From positions 1,754 through 65,753 of IMG/VR virus record IMGVR_UViG_3300020202_000071: 64,000 nucleotides of DNA, one strand, 5' to 3'. The notes beneath the pieces were generated by a model. That model made no database searches. It saw nothing but the letters and a program-made list of their open reading frames with translations, and was not told the DNA's origin. Below, one piece after another: positions 8,707 to 18,553 of the stretch. Positions within the stretch are counted from its first letter, which is position 1. Each line of letters begins with the position of its first letter. Position numbers and translations under genes: made by a program. This stretch comes from a virus. Its lineage: Duplodnaviria > Caudoviricetes.

Positions 8707-11700
8707 GTGCCACAGCGTCCCGCCTCATTGCTCGCCGAGATTGACGCGGCACTGGCGTCGGCCTCTGCACGTCGTTCGTCTCCGACAGGCGCCAAGAGTC
8801 TGATCGCCGAGATCGACGCGGTGTTGGGGCAATCGCGCAGTACCCGATCTGCGGTCACGGACCAGACGAATGTCGATGTGTCCGCGCTGCTCGCGGACAT
8901 TGACGCGGCGCTCAACCAGTTCCAGTCACCACACCAAATGCCGCCGGCGATGACTCCATTGGCCAGTCACGCGCGCGAGGCGATGCCTTCCGCCTCGCTG
9001 CCGCCGATGCGGCCGATGTCGAGCCATGCGCCGGCGGCACCGTCGACACCGCTGATCGCCAGCAATCATGCGCAGCGCCCAATGCCGTCTGGTCCACCGC
9101 CTGGCCACGAGACGCGCCCAGGCGTGCAACCACAACCGCGGCGTCAGGGCGATGTCGTCCTCCCCGGCACGAGCGTGCCCCTCGAGGAGATCGAAGATGT
9201 TGTCGGCATGGTGCCCGCGGACCTGGCGGGCACGACGGCGCTCGAACGGCAGACCATTCGATCATCGCCGTCGCGACATCGTCCGCCCGCGCCGCCCGTC
9301 GTCGACACCCCACCCCCGCCGGCGCCGGGACCGACAGAAGCGACCGCGCTCGAATCCGTGATCTCTGGTGTCGCACGAGCGGGACGAGAGTTCGGCGAGG
9401 TGCATCAGCAACTCGGTCGCGGTGGCTTGCAAGGACTGGGTGGCGTCGCGACTGGTCTCGGGCGCGCGATCGAATGGGCTGGAGGCACCGAACCCGCCAC
9501 GCATCCGCACGCACAAACTGCGGAGCGCGTTGCGTCAGGCTTACAGCAGGTCGGCGAGTTGTTGAAGACGGCTGGCACCCCTCCCGATCCGGGACGCGTG
9601 CAGCGAGACATTGCCGAAGAACCCGCAGCGCTCTTGGACCCGCAGTGGTGGACCTACAACATCGGGTCGGCAGCCGGGAGTCAACTCGCGTTTCTGGGTC
9701 CAATGTTTGCGACCAAAGCCGTCGCCGGCGGCATCGGACGAATTGTGTCACTCGTGCCGAAGCTGAAAGAAGCGGCCGAGCTCACTGCGGGGATCGGCGC
9801 CGGTAGCGTCGTCGAAGCAGTTGTCGAAGGCGGGCTGGCGTACGACGACGCGATCGAGAGCGGCGCGACGCCGGAAGACGCCGGCAAGGCCGCCGCCATC
9901 GTCGCGCGCGAAAACATCGATACGTTGCTCGGCACCAATGCCGCCGGCTATTTGATGCCACTCGTGACGGATGCGCGCCCGATTCTGCGCCTGATCGCCG
10001 GGGGATTCTCGGAAGGGGGTCAGGAATACCTTCAGGAAGTCATCGCTGGCACGGCGGCGCAGCAGGTCTACGATCCAGCACGCAATCCCTTTGCGGGTGC
10101 CGCCACAGCCGGCCTGATGGGTGCCGTCACCGGCGGCGCACAAGGCGCGATGATGGCCGCGCCGCAGCGTCCGGCTGTGGCCGCACCTGCCGACGCCGCT
10201 CCGGTCCAGACCGGTATGGCGGTTTCCAGTGACGGGGCAACGGTCGACGGACCTGCTGTTCCTGATGTGCCGTTCGGTCTTGCGCCGGGAGGAACGCCGA
10301 CGGCCACGCCGTCGCCCACCGTTGCCGCGCCACTGACGCGCACCGACACGATCGATGACATCGAAGTAACCGTTCCGGTAGATGCGCCGCCGATTATTCC
10401 CCCACCGACGAACATCGTCGCCACGCCATCGGACCTCGTCGCAGCTGATGCCGTCGCCGTGCCTGACGCGACACGTGACGTCTCACCGGGGGCCGTGGAC
10501 ACCATGCCGCTGCCGTCCGCCCCGAGCGATCCGCTCCCCGGGGTGCGGTATCAGATGCCCGCGCGCGCCATCAGGATGGATCCAGAATCATTGCAATTCC
10601 GGGCGCAGGCGAATCGCGAGGGCCTCGACGCGACGCGCGCCATCACGGAGGCCTATGACCCCAAGAAAGGCGGCATTCTCGCCGTCTGGCGCGATCCGCA
10701 GACGGGCGAGACAAAGGTCGTCAACGGCCATCATCGACTCGCCGCCGCGCAACGCGACGATGCGTCCGTCGCTGTCGTGTACATCGATGCGCCGACGGCC
10801 GCTGAGGCCCGCACCCAAGGTGCGCTGCTGAACATCGACGAGGATCACGCGGATCTGCGCGATGCGGTCCAGCTGTTTGTCGACGGAGGCTTCACCAAGG
10901 CCGACCTCGAGACGTTGGGGATTTCGCCGCGGTCTCGCGTGGCACGCGACGCAGAGGCGGTCGCGAGCTTGGCGCCTGGCATCCGTGCGGCGTGGCAGGC
11001 GGGCGAGGTTCCGGATGGCATCGCAGTAGCGCTCGGGCGCGCAGATCTCTCACCAGAGCAACAGGCGGTCGTCCAGAAGGTCTATCTCCAGCAACAGGCG
11101 AAAGGGCGTGAACTCCCCGCGACGCAAATCAGTATTCTGGCGCGGCGCGTCAAAGCGGCGCCGGAGACGCGCCAGACCAGCGATCAGGGGTCGATCTTTG
11201 ATGTCCTTGGTGAGGAGCGCGGTCAGAATCTGTTTGTCGAGCGGGCAGCGCTCGAGGATTGGCTCGTGTCGCAACTCGGTCGCGACAAGCGCTTATTTGG
11301 CACAGTCAGTCGGCACGCCGACCGGCTCACGGAAGGCGGCACACAGGTCGATGTTGTGCAAGGCGAGCGGATTGCGGCAGAATCTGGTCAGGCTGCCGCC
11401 GTGGTGCGGCGCCTGGCGGACGTCGCCGGACCCGTCAGCCGCGCCTTGAACGAGGCGGCGACCCGTGTCGCGGCCGGAGAGAATCTTCATGCCGTCCGAA
11501 CCGCGCTCCTCGATGTCGCCCGCACCGCTGCGCGCGCCGAACTCGGCACCGCGGCCGCTGCTCACCCCGGCGCAAAAGGCACATCTGATGCGCGCGTATC
11601 CACGGCTCCGGAAGGCCGTGTCCTCCCGAACGACACCGACGGCTCACCGCGTACCGCTGTCGTAGCACGGCGCGGTGGCGGTACCGCGCGCGCGATGCCG

Positions 11701-14700
11701 CCCGCCACTCTGCGGGTGACGATTCGCGAAACTACCTATCGCGATCGTCCTGGCTTCACGGTCAGCTGGAGAGACGGCGCGTTTCCGCAATCGGTCTTCG
11801 TCCCATCCCGGATTCAAGCCGACGCCATCAAGTCTGTCGTGCAGCAGGGCGGCGGTGTCGACGCGATTGATCGGATTGTCCGCGATGGCCCGCCGATCAC
11901 GACGGACACGCTCCCCACGGGCGAACGGCAGCCGCGCCTCCCGGAAGCCGGCGAGGTGCGCGATCGCGAAGTGGTGACGCCGCCCGTGGCCGCGGTGCCC
12001 GAGCCTGAATTTCGTTTACGCGGTCAGTCCGCGCGCGCGCCCGCCACGCAAGGTCGCCTGTTCGGCATGTCAACCGCCGCGACGTCCACGCCCATGGGTG
12101 GCGACGCCCTGCGACAAGTCAACGACTACACGTTCGAGCAACCGCCATCGCACATTACTAATCGGTTTCGCGGTCGCGCGCCGATCTCCGAACATCAGGT
12201 CGTCAACACCTTACGGCGCATCTTCGCCGTCTCGCGCGAGAGCGGCGATGTGCTGGATCGCTTGGCGGGATCGGAGCAGGTGCCACTCCCCACACGCCGC
12301 GGCCGCAGCACCATGATTCGTCGTGGTCGGGCCCTAGGCGTCTACAACACCAAGACCGGCAGCATTCGACTCAAGCGGGACATAGATCTCTCCACGTTTG
12401 TGCACGAGCTCGGCCATCACATCGACTTCGCCTTGTTCGAACAGCATGGTCGTCCGATGGGCCTGTTCAAAGACGAATTGCTCCGCATGGGCGAAGGCAC
12501 CACGCCGCCCTCGATGCGCGGCGTCAAGAAGCATGAGTCCTATCAACTCGCGGAAGGCGTCGCCGAGTTCTTCCGGATCTGGTTTCCTGATCCGGCGCGC
12601 GCCAAGACGGTCGCGCCGAAGTTCTCGGCGGCCTTAGACGAGGTCATGCAGCGCGCTGAGGGGTTTGGCCAGCAGCTGGAAGACGCGCAATCCCTGGTGC
12701 AGCGGTATCTGTCGCAGGACTTGGCCACGCGCGGCGTCGCCCGCATCAGCATTCATCCGCGCTCGCTCGCGTCGGCCCCGATCGCGGCAGCCCGGCGCAC
12801 CGTCCGCAACGTGCGCGAGGCGTATCGGGAGGGCGGATCACTCAGGGCCACGGCGAAACGCGTCGGGGCGTCTGTCCTCGATTCCCTCAACGTGCCGAAG
12901 TGGATGCGCGACCCGCACCAGCAGTGGCAGGCATTCCGGAAACAGTGGATTGATGATCTCGACGCGATCCAGCGGGCCGTCTTCGACATGGCGGGCGATG
13001 ACCTGAGCGCGGCCGATCACGCGTACGTGCTGGCGCGCATCGCGCGCGGCACCGCTGGCAAGGCCCAAGGGTTTCTCGAGCACGGCGTCCGGGATCTCGA
13101 TGGGCAGTTTCTCGGGCCCTCACTCCGCGCCGCATTGGCACCCGTCATGGACCGGCTGACGCGGGACGAAGGAGCGCCATACACGCGGCCCGATTTGGCG
13201 TCGTATCTCGTGGCGCTCCGCGCGCGCGAGCTGCACACCCGCACGACCAACCCACGCGATCCAGGCATGAAGCTCGCGGAGGCCGAGCTGATCATTCGTG
13301 CCACGGAAGGTGATGCGCGCTTCGAGCAATTTGCGGCCGCGCGCGATGCCGTATATGCCTACCAACGGTCGCTCTTGGCGTACGCCAGGCAGGCCGGGGC
13401 GTTCAGCGAGGCGCAGATTACGGCGATCCAGAAGGCTGGCGAGTTCTATGTGCCGCTCCAGCGAGTGCTGGAAGAGGTCGAAGAGGCGGGCGGCGGAAGC
13501 GCCAAGCGCATTGCGGATCGCGTGAGCCCCATCAAGAGCCAGAAGGGCTCTGGTCGCGACATCATCGATCCCTTTGAATCGATCGTGAAGAACACGGCGA
13601 CCATCGTCGACATGGTCGAAAAGAACCGCGCGATGATCGCGCTGACGTCACTCGCCGACGAGACGACCGGATCGGCCCTATGGCTGGAACGGGTGCCACC
13701 CGATCAACTGCCCACGACGTTCAGACTTGACCAGCTCCAAGAGGTTGTCGTCGACAAGCTTGTGGCCGCCGGCACGGACGTTCCCGAGGGCATCGACTGG
13801 TCGGACATGGTGACGGTATTTACACCCACGCTGTGGGGCGATCCGAAGCACCGGATCGTCACGGTCATCAAGAATGGCAAGCGGCAGTTCTATCAAGTGC
13901 AGGACGAAGCGCTCTACCAGGCGATCACCGCAATCGGCCCGGCCGCCGCAACGGAGTTGATGCACTGGATGGCCAAGCCGACGGCGGTCCTCCGGGCGGG
14001 TGCGACGTTGACGCCTGGCTTCATCATTCGCAACCTGCTGCGAGACACCGTGGGCGCGATGCTGCAGTCGCGGCACGGATTTATCCCGGTCATCGACACG
14101 CTCGGCGGGTGGGTGTCCATGTTCCGGCGCGACGCGGACTGGCAGTTATATCAAGCCGCCGGCGTGCAACAAGCGGCACTCCTGGGACAGGACCGCGATC
14201 GCGTGGCGTCCGTGCTCGATGAACTCGGCGACAAAGGCTGGCGGCGCCGGATCAAAACCGCGCTGCATCCGCTCGATGCGCTGCGACGGGTCTCCGAACA
14301 GATCGAAAACGCCACGCGCGTCGGCGAGTTCAAGTTGGCGCTTCGCAATCCCGGCGCGGACCGACGGGTCGGGGTTCTCGGGATCGCGCAACGCATGGCC
14401 GATACCGCGCGCGGCCGGAATACGCCGATCACCGAGCGGCACCAACTCGCGCGCGCGACCCTCGCAGCGCGTGACGTGACCGTGGACTTTTCGCGCGGGG
14501 GGACGAGCGCGAAAGAGGTCTCGCAGTTCAAAGCCTTCTTCAACGCCCGCACGCAGGGCTTTGCACGAATTGCCGAGACCGTTCACCGCGACCCGACTGG
14601 CGCGGCGATCACGGTGGCGGGACTCTCAGCGCTGTCCCTCGCACTGTGGATGTTGAACAAGGACGATGAGGACTACCAGACCCTCACGCATCGCGAGCGC

Positions 14701-15594
14701 ATGGACTACTGGTGGTACAAGTTGCCAGGGAACGACCGGTGGCTCCGGATCCCCAAACCGCACGAGTGGGGCGCGATCCCGAACGTCGTCGAGGGCGCGC
14801 TCAACCAGGTCTACCACGAACAGCCGGATGAAATCCGCCGCATGATGCCCATTCTCCAAGGGATTTCGTGGACGGAACTCGCCACGGCGTTCACGTTTAC
14901 GTTTGTGCTGCCCGCATTGGAAGCTGCCAGTAACTACGACACGTACCGTCGCCGACCGATCGTGAGCCCGTTCGACGAGATGAACCTCTTGCCTGAGGAT
15001 CAGTACTCCGAGTTGACGTCCGAAACGATGAAACTCGTTGGGAAGGCACTCGGCGTGTCGCCCGCCAAACTGGAACATCTGGTTGTTGGGTATACCGCGT
15101 CGGCTGGGCGGGCGGCCCTAGATCTGACCGATCCGATTGCACGACTGATCACCGGGAGGCCGGCCAGGTCGCCAGTAAAGTGGCGATCGGAGCAATGGCC
15201 CGGCCTGGGCGTGGTGCTCAGGGACGCCTCGCCCACCAGTTACGCGCAGCCACTTCAAGACTTCTATCAGGAGCGAGCCGAACTGCAGCGGGCTCGTGGG
15301 ACTCAGCGCGCGCGGCAACGCGCCGGGGATGCGGCGGGCATCGCCGAGATCAACGAACGGTACGGTGCCAGGTTCACCCCGGAGCACGTCGCGCGCATCC
15401 AAGCCGCCGATGACGCCATTACGGAACTGCGCGGGATGCGAGATCAGGTTGACGCATCCGCAGACCTGACACCAGCCGAGCGGAAGCGCGCTCGTGAGGT
15501 GATTCACCGTGCGATGGTGCGATGGGCGGCCACCGCGACATGGTCGCCGACGATGAAAACGCACGTCCTGCCGCGAGCGGCCAGCGGTCAGTAA
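8707..15594 (+). CDS. Large polyvalent virion/ejection protein (~2,295 aa): ParB-like domain, zincin-like HExxH peptidase, LPD38-like C-terminus
   Basis: VVNGHHRLAAA (ParB/Srx), STFVHELGHHID...EGVAEFF (zincin), and C-terminal DVTVDFSRGG / FFNARTQG / LRIPKPHEWG / SPAKLEHL motifs. GTG 8707 follows GGAGGG; the ORF track starts at 8683. Confidence 0.75.
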   Translation: MPQRPASLLAEIDAALASASARRSSPTGAKSLIAEIDAVLGQSRSTRSAVTDQTNVDVSALLADIDAALNQFQSPHQMPPAMTPLASHAREAMPSASLPPMRPMSSHAPAAPSTPLIASNHAQRPMPSGPPPGHETRPGVQPQPRRQGDVVLPGTSVPLEEIEDVVGMVPADLAGTTALERQTIRSSPSRHRPPAPPVVDTPPPPAPGPTEATALESVISGVARAGREFGEVHQQLGRGGLQGLGGVATGLGRAIEWAGGTEPATHPHAQTAERVASGLQQVGELLKTAGTPPDPGRVQRDIAEEPAALLDPQWWTYNIGSAAGSQLAFLGPMFATKAVAGGIGRIVSLVPKLKEAAELTAGIGAGSVVEAVVEGGLAYDDAIESGATPEDAGKAAAIVARENIDTLLGTNAAGYLMPLVTDARPILRLIAGGFSEGGQEYLQEVIAGTAAQQVYDPARNPFAGAATAGLMGAVTGGAQGAMMAAPQRPAVAAPADAAPVQTGMAVSSDGATVDGPAVPDVPFGLAPGGTPTATPSPTVAAPLTRTDTIDDIEVTVPVDAPPIIPPPTNIVATPSDLVAADAVAVPDATRDVSPGAVDTMPLPSAPSDPLPGVRYQMPARAIRMDPESLQFRAQANREGLDATRAITEAYDPKKGGILAVWRDPQTGETKVVNGHHRLAAAQRDDASVAVVYIDAPTAAEARTQGALLNIDEDHADLRDAVQLFVDGGFTKADLETLGISPRSRVARDAEAVASLAPGIRAAWQAGEVPDGIAVALGRADLSPEQQAVVQKVYLQQQAKGRELPATQISILARRVKAAPETRQTSDQGSIFDVLGEERGQNLFVERAALEDWLVSQLGRDKRLFGTVSRHADRLTEGGTQVDVVQGERIAAESGQAAAVVRRLADVAGPVSRALNEAATRVAAGENLHAVRTALLDVARTAARAELGTAAAAHPGAKGTSDARVSTAPEGRVLPNDTDGSPRTAVVARRGGGTARAMPPATLRVTIRETTYRDRPGFTVSWRDGAFPQSVFVPSRIQADAIKSVVQQGGGVDAIDRIVRDGPPITTDTLPTGERQPRLPEAGEVRDREVVTPPVAAVPEPEFRLRGQSARAPATQGRLFGMSTAATSTPMGGDALRQVNDYTFEQPPSHITNRFRGRAPISEHQVVNTLRRIFAVSRESGDVLDRLAGSEQVPLPTRRGRSTMIRRGRALGVYNTKTGSIRLKRDIDLSTFVHELGHHIDFALFEQHGRPMGLFKDELLRMGEGTTPPSMRGVKKHESYQLAEGVAEFFRIWFPDPARAKTVAPKFSAALDEVMQRAEGFGQQLEDAQSLVQRYLSQDLATRGVARISIHPRSLASAPIAAARRTVRNVREAYREGGSLRATAKRVGASVLDSLNVPKWMRDPHQQWQAFRKQWIDDLDAIQRAVFDMAGDDLSAADHAYVLARIARGTAGKAQGFLEHGVRDLDGQFLGPSLRAALAPVMDRLTRDEGAPYTRPDLASYLVALRARELHTRTTNPRDPGMKLAEAELIIRATEGDARFEQFAAARDAVYAYQRSLLAYARQAGAFSEAQITAIQKAGEFYVPLQRVLEEVEEAGGGSAKRIADRVSPIKSQKGSGRDIIDPFESIVKNTATIVDMVEKNRAMIALTSLADETTGSALWLERVPPDQLPTTFRLDQLQEVVVDKLVAAGTDVPEGIDWSDMVTVFTPTLWGDPKHRIVTVIKNGKRQFYQVQDEALYQAITAIGPAAATELMHWMAKPTAVLRAGATLTPGFIIRNLLRDTVGAMLQSRHGFIPVIDTLGGWVSMFRRDADWQLYQAAGVQQAALLGQDRDRVASVLDELGDKGWRRRIKTALHPLDALRRVSEQIENATRVGEFKLALRNPGADRRVGVLGIAQRMADTARGRNTPITERHQLARATLAARDVTVDFSRGGTSAKEVSQFKAFFNARTQGFARIAETVHRDPTGAAITVAGLSALSLALWMLNKDDEDYQTLTHRERMDYWWYKLPGNDRWLRIPKPHEWGAIPNVVEGALNQVYHEQPDEIRRMMPILQGISWTELATAFTFTFVLPALEAASNYDTYRRRPIVSPFDEMNLLPEDQYSELTSETMKLVGKALGVSPAKLEHLVVGYTASAGRAALDLTDPIARLITGRPARSPVKWRSEQWPGLGVVLRDASPTSYAQPLQDFYQERAELQRARGTQRARQRAGDAAGIAEINERYGARFTPEHVARIQAADDAITELRGMRDQVDASADLTPAERKRAREVIHRAMVRWAATATWSPTMKTHVLPRAASGQ

Positions 15595-15699
15595 CGGCTA
15601 GACTCGGTCCGGGCAGGAATGGTACAGGTAGCGCAGCGCGCGCTCGGCAAACCTGGGCTGCGACGGTTCCAGCGCGCACAGTAGATTCGTCACCACCGA

Positions 15700-15725
15700 T
15701 GCCAGCCGGGCCAAGAAGGCAGGCA
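15700..15725 (+). promoter_or_regulatory. Conserved hairpin motif, copy 2 (TGCC-A-GCC-GGGCCAAGAA-GGC-A-GGCA) before ATG 15729
   Basis: Shared core with a compensatory outer stem. Confidence 0.7.
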
Positions 15726-15728
15726 CCG

Positions 15729-15965
15729 ATGTCCGGGGAGACCCCACGCGGCCAGAACACCTGGGCGCGCAAGTTTTTCGATCTCGTCCTACCGATCATC
15801 GCCGCGGGCATCATCTCGTGGACGACATCGGTGCTGACGCTTCAGACGAAAACCGCGATTCTGGAAGAACGCCAGAATCAGAACTTCCTCGAGCTTCAAC
15901 GCACCATCAGCTCGATGCGCGAGGACGTGCGCGAGATCCGCGCCGAATTGCTACGCCGGCCATGA
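15729..15965 (+). CDS. Single-TM coiled-coil lysis-module protein (holin/antiholin-like)
   Basis: One hydrophobic helix plus coiled coil. ATGA overlap with the lysozyme gene. Confidence 0.6.
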   Translation: MSGETPRGQNTWARKFFDLVLPIIAAGIISWTTSVLTLQTKTAILEERQNQNFLELQRTISSMREDVREIRAELLRRP

Positions 15966-16426
15966 CGGATCGCGATCTCAACGACATGCTCGCCCAGTTG
16001 ATCGACCACGAGAGCGAACGGCTCGTGGTCTACGACGACGCCACCGGGAAACCCCTGAAACAGGGCGACACGCTGAAAGGGCATCCGACGATTGGCATCG
16101 GCCGCAACCTCGCGGGCAAAGGGCTCACGCGCGAGGAGTCGCGGTATCTGTGTCGCAACGACATCGACGAGTGCGTCCGGGACTTGGTGACGTTCCCGTG
16201 GTTCCTCGATCTGAATGTCGTGCGGCAGCGCGCATTCGTGGATCTGCGGTTCAACCTGGGGCCGGGCACGTTCCGGCAGTTCAAAGGCATGTTCGCCGCA
16301 CTCAACGACCGGGATTACGACGCGGCCGCCGATCACTTGAAAGCGAGCCTCTGGTATCGGCAGGTGGGACGTCGGGGGCCTCGGATCGTGCACATGGTGC
16401 GGACGGGAACCGACCCGACGACGTAG
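15962..16426 (+). CDS. Endolysin, T4-like lysozyme (GH24)
   Basis: HE..RL.VYDD...GHPTIGIGRNL, RQRAFVDLRFNLG and SLWYRQVGRR motifs. Confidence 0.9.
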   Translation: MTDRDLNDMLAQLIDHESERLVVYDDATGKPLKQGDTLKGHPTIGIGRNLAGKGLTREESRYLCRNDIDECVRDLVTFPWFLDLNVVRQRAFVDLRFNLGPGTFRQFKGMFAALNDRDYDAAADHLKASLWYRQVGRRGPRIVHMVRTGTDPTT

Positions 16427-16434
16427 ACGACAAC

Positions 16435-16463
16435 CGCTCAGAGCCGGGCCAAAGGCATGAGCG
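16435..16463 (+). promoter_or_regulatory. Conserved hairpin motif, copy 3 (CGCTCA-GA-GCC-GGGCCAAA-GGC-A-TGAGCG) abutting ATG 16464
   Basis: Shared core with a compensatory outer stem. Confidence 0.7.
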
Positions 16464-18209
16464 ATGGAGCATCTCCAGGCGATCGACGACAACGAGAAGA
16501 ACGCGACAGCCGGCGCGGTCGTACCCATCCTGATCGCCCATCTCTGGGCCAGTGTCCGTGGCGCGTTGGTGCACGCGGGATGCCTCTACGGCCAGTTACG
16601 GCAGCGCGGCGCCGACGCGGCCGCAGCCGAAACCACGCTGATCGGCGTCGTGCGGAAGTGGATGAAGCGCGAACCGATCGCGATTGTGAGCATTCGCGGC
16701 ATCGGTGACGACGAAATTCTGGCGCTCGCGGATCACGCCGGTCGGATCCCCGACAGCGATCACGGTGGCCTGTTCGATTTCGGCGTGCAGTTCGGCCAGC
16801 ACGTGGAAGCGGGCGCATCGCGCGAGGAGGCGTATCACGCCGCCGGCGCATGGCTCGTGCAGTGGTACGGCGGGGAGAATCCCTGGCCCGCGCCGGAACC
16901 TGTTCCGACCCCAACGCCCGTCCCGACGCCAACGCCCACACCGGCCCCAACGCCTGTTCCCACGCCCACGCCGCCACTACCGGGAACGGAACTGCCGGCG
17001 TTGCGCGCGCGTGACCGCTGGTTCGCGCAGCACAGCAAGACCGACGCCTTTGATTACCGTGAAGCGACGGCCTTCATGCTCTTCGCGCGGTTCCTGCGCG
17101 GCGAAGACATCACCGACCGACTGCGCTACTGGCAGCGCTTCAAGATCAACAGCCTGCGCGTGATCGGCATGGTGCGTCACCCGTTCTGGGTCGAGCACGG
17201 GTGGAACCTGCATCCCGACGTGCCGCACTACTACGACGGCTGGCGGCCATTCCTGACGCTCTTGGAGCGGCACGGCTTCTATTGCCGCCTGTCGCTGTTT
17301 GCCGATCGGGACCATCTGCGCCATCTCGATCTCGCGGCCCACGCGGCGCGCATGGGGCAAGTGCTACACGGGTGCCGGAACGTGATTATCGAAATCACGA
17401 ACGAGCCCACCATGAACGGCTTTCAGGAGCCGAGCGAATTGCAGCTCCGCGTCGCGGGAAGTCCCGATCCAATCGAGGAAGCGATGACGGCGCACGCTGA
17501 GGCACAGGCGACGGCGCGTCTCCGGTTGGCCACGACGTTCTTGGAACACGGCGGCCCGGCGCTGCTCGCGCTTGGACCCGAGCACGGCGCGCGCGGTCAC
17601 CTGCTTACGTACATGCTGCCGCCGGCGACCTATCTCCCGTTCCACGCGGAGCGCGTGACCTGGGAGGACGGCTGGGCGTGGGTCCGCAGGATGGGCGAAT
17701 ACGGGCCGATTCAGAATCCGCTCGGCTGGCCGGCGCTCTCCGGTGAACCGATCAACGCCGGCACGCGGCCGGCGAATCCGAGCGATGCGGAACCGTCGAC
17801 GGCGATCTGGTACGCGTATGGCGCCCTGTCGCGGATCGTCCCCGAGCGCGGCTACCTCCCGTGTTTCCACTTCGACCGCGGACTGTTTGCCGATCTCCCG
17901 GACGCGCCCGCCGAAGCGTGCCTCGCCGCGTTCATGCAGGGGTGCGATGACGTGCCGATCCGCGCGCGCGAGCACGGCTGGACAAACGGGCATCACGGAA
18001 CGTCGCCGTTCCGCGACTACTTCCAAGAGTCCGATCCGCTCAACGACCGACCGGTGCGCATCTACGGCCGCGGCACCGGAAAGGACTACATCGGGATCGC
18101 CTTGCGGGCACCGCGCGACTGGCGCTGGCCAGACCTGCGGTTTCCGATTCGCAAAGTGCGTGAGATCCACGATCGCGGCTGGAGCGCGCAACTCTGGCAG
18201 GGAGTCTGA
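16464..18209 (+). CDS. Putative clan GH-A (GH5-like) glycoside hydrolase with Pro-Thr linker
   Basis: (PT)n linker at ~16890-16975. INSLRV, IIEITNEP (acid/base-like) and LSGEP (nucleophile-like) motifs. Confidence 0.55.
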   Translation: MEHLQAIDDNEKNATAGAVVPILIAHLWASVRGALVHAGCLYGQLRQRGADAAAAETTLIGVVRKWMKREPIAIVSIRGIGDDEILALADHAGRIPDSDHGGLFDFGVQFGQHVEAGASREEAYHAAGAWLVQWYGGENPWPAPEPVPTPTPVPTPTPTPAPTPVPTPTPPLPGTELPALRARDRWFAQHSKTDAFDYREATAFMLFARFLRGEDITDRLRYWQRFKINSLRVIGMVRHPFWVEHGWNLHPDVPHYYDGWRPFLTLLERHGFYCRLSLFADRDHLRHLDLAAHAARMGQVLHGCRNVIIEITNEPTMNGFQEPSELQLRVAGSPDPIEEAMTAHAEAQATARLRLATTFLEHGGPALLALGPEHGARGHLLTYMLPPATYLPFHAERVTWEDGWAWVRRMGEYGPIQNPLGWPALSGEPINAGTRPANPSDAEPSTAIWYAYGALSRIVPERGYLPCFHFDRGLFADLPDAPAEACLAAFMQGCDDVPIRAREHGWTNGHHGTSPFRDYFQESDPLNDRPVRIYGRGTGKDYIGIALRAPRDWRWPDLRFPIRKVREIHDRGWSAQLWQGV

Positions 18210-18212
18210 GAC

Positions 18213-18395
18213 ATGAAAGCCAAACACTACGCGCTGTTGGGGGTCTGCCTCGCCTCGATCGCGACCATGGTGAGCTCGCTGCCTGATTGGAATGAAGCGA
18301 TGAAGCCGTCTTTTGTCGGCGGCGTGCTCGGCGTCATCGGGACACAACTGGCGGCTCTGTATACCGAGCGGCCCAATGAACGGCGGCCGCGATGA
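18213..18395 (+). CDS. Holin-like protein (2 TM)
   Basis: 60 aa with two hydrophobic helices and a basic C-terminus, in the lysis cluster. Confidence 0.65.
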   Translation: MKAKHYALLGVCLASIATMVSSLPDWNEAMKPSFVGGVLGVIGTQLAALYTERPNERRPR

Positions 18396-18553
18396 GCAAG
18401 TGGTCGAAGTTTTGGAAGGGCGTCAAGGTCGCGGTCGGTCTCCTCGCGAAAGCTCAAGACAAGGGCCTCGTCAAGATCAAGGAGTTGCCGAAGATTGAGG
18501 CCGGCGTCGCGATCGTCGACGACGCGGTTGAGGACGCGAAGAAGCGACCGTGA
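18392..18553 (+). CDS. 53-aa cationic amphipathic peptide (possible membrane disruptor)
   Basis: MSKWSKFWKGVKVAVGLLAKAQDKG... Overlaps both neighbours (ATGA and GTGA). Below the ORF-track size cutoff. Confidence 0.6.
   Translation: MSKWSKFWKGVKVAVGLLAKAQDKGLVKIKELPKIEAGVAIVDDAVEDAKKRP

Noticed and set aside
16890-16975. Tandem DNA repeat as a contingency locus
   Set aside because: Codons vary; it is explained by a Pro-Thr protein linker.
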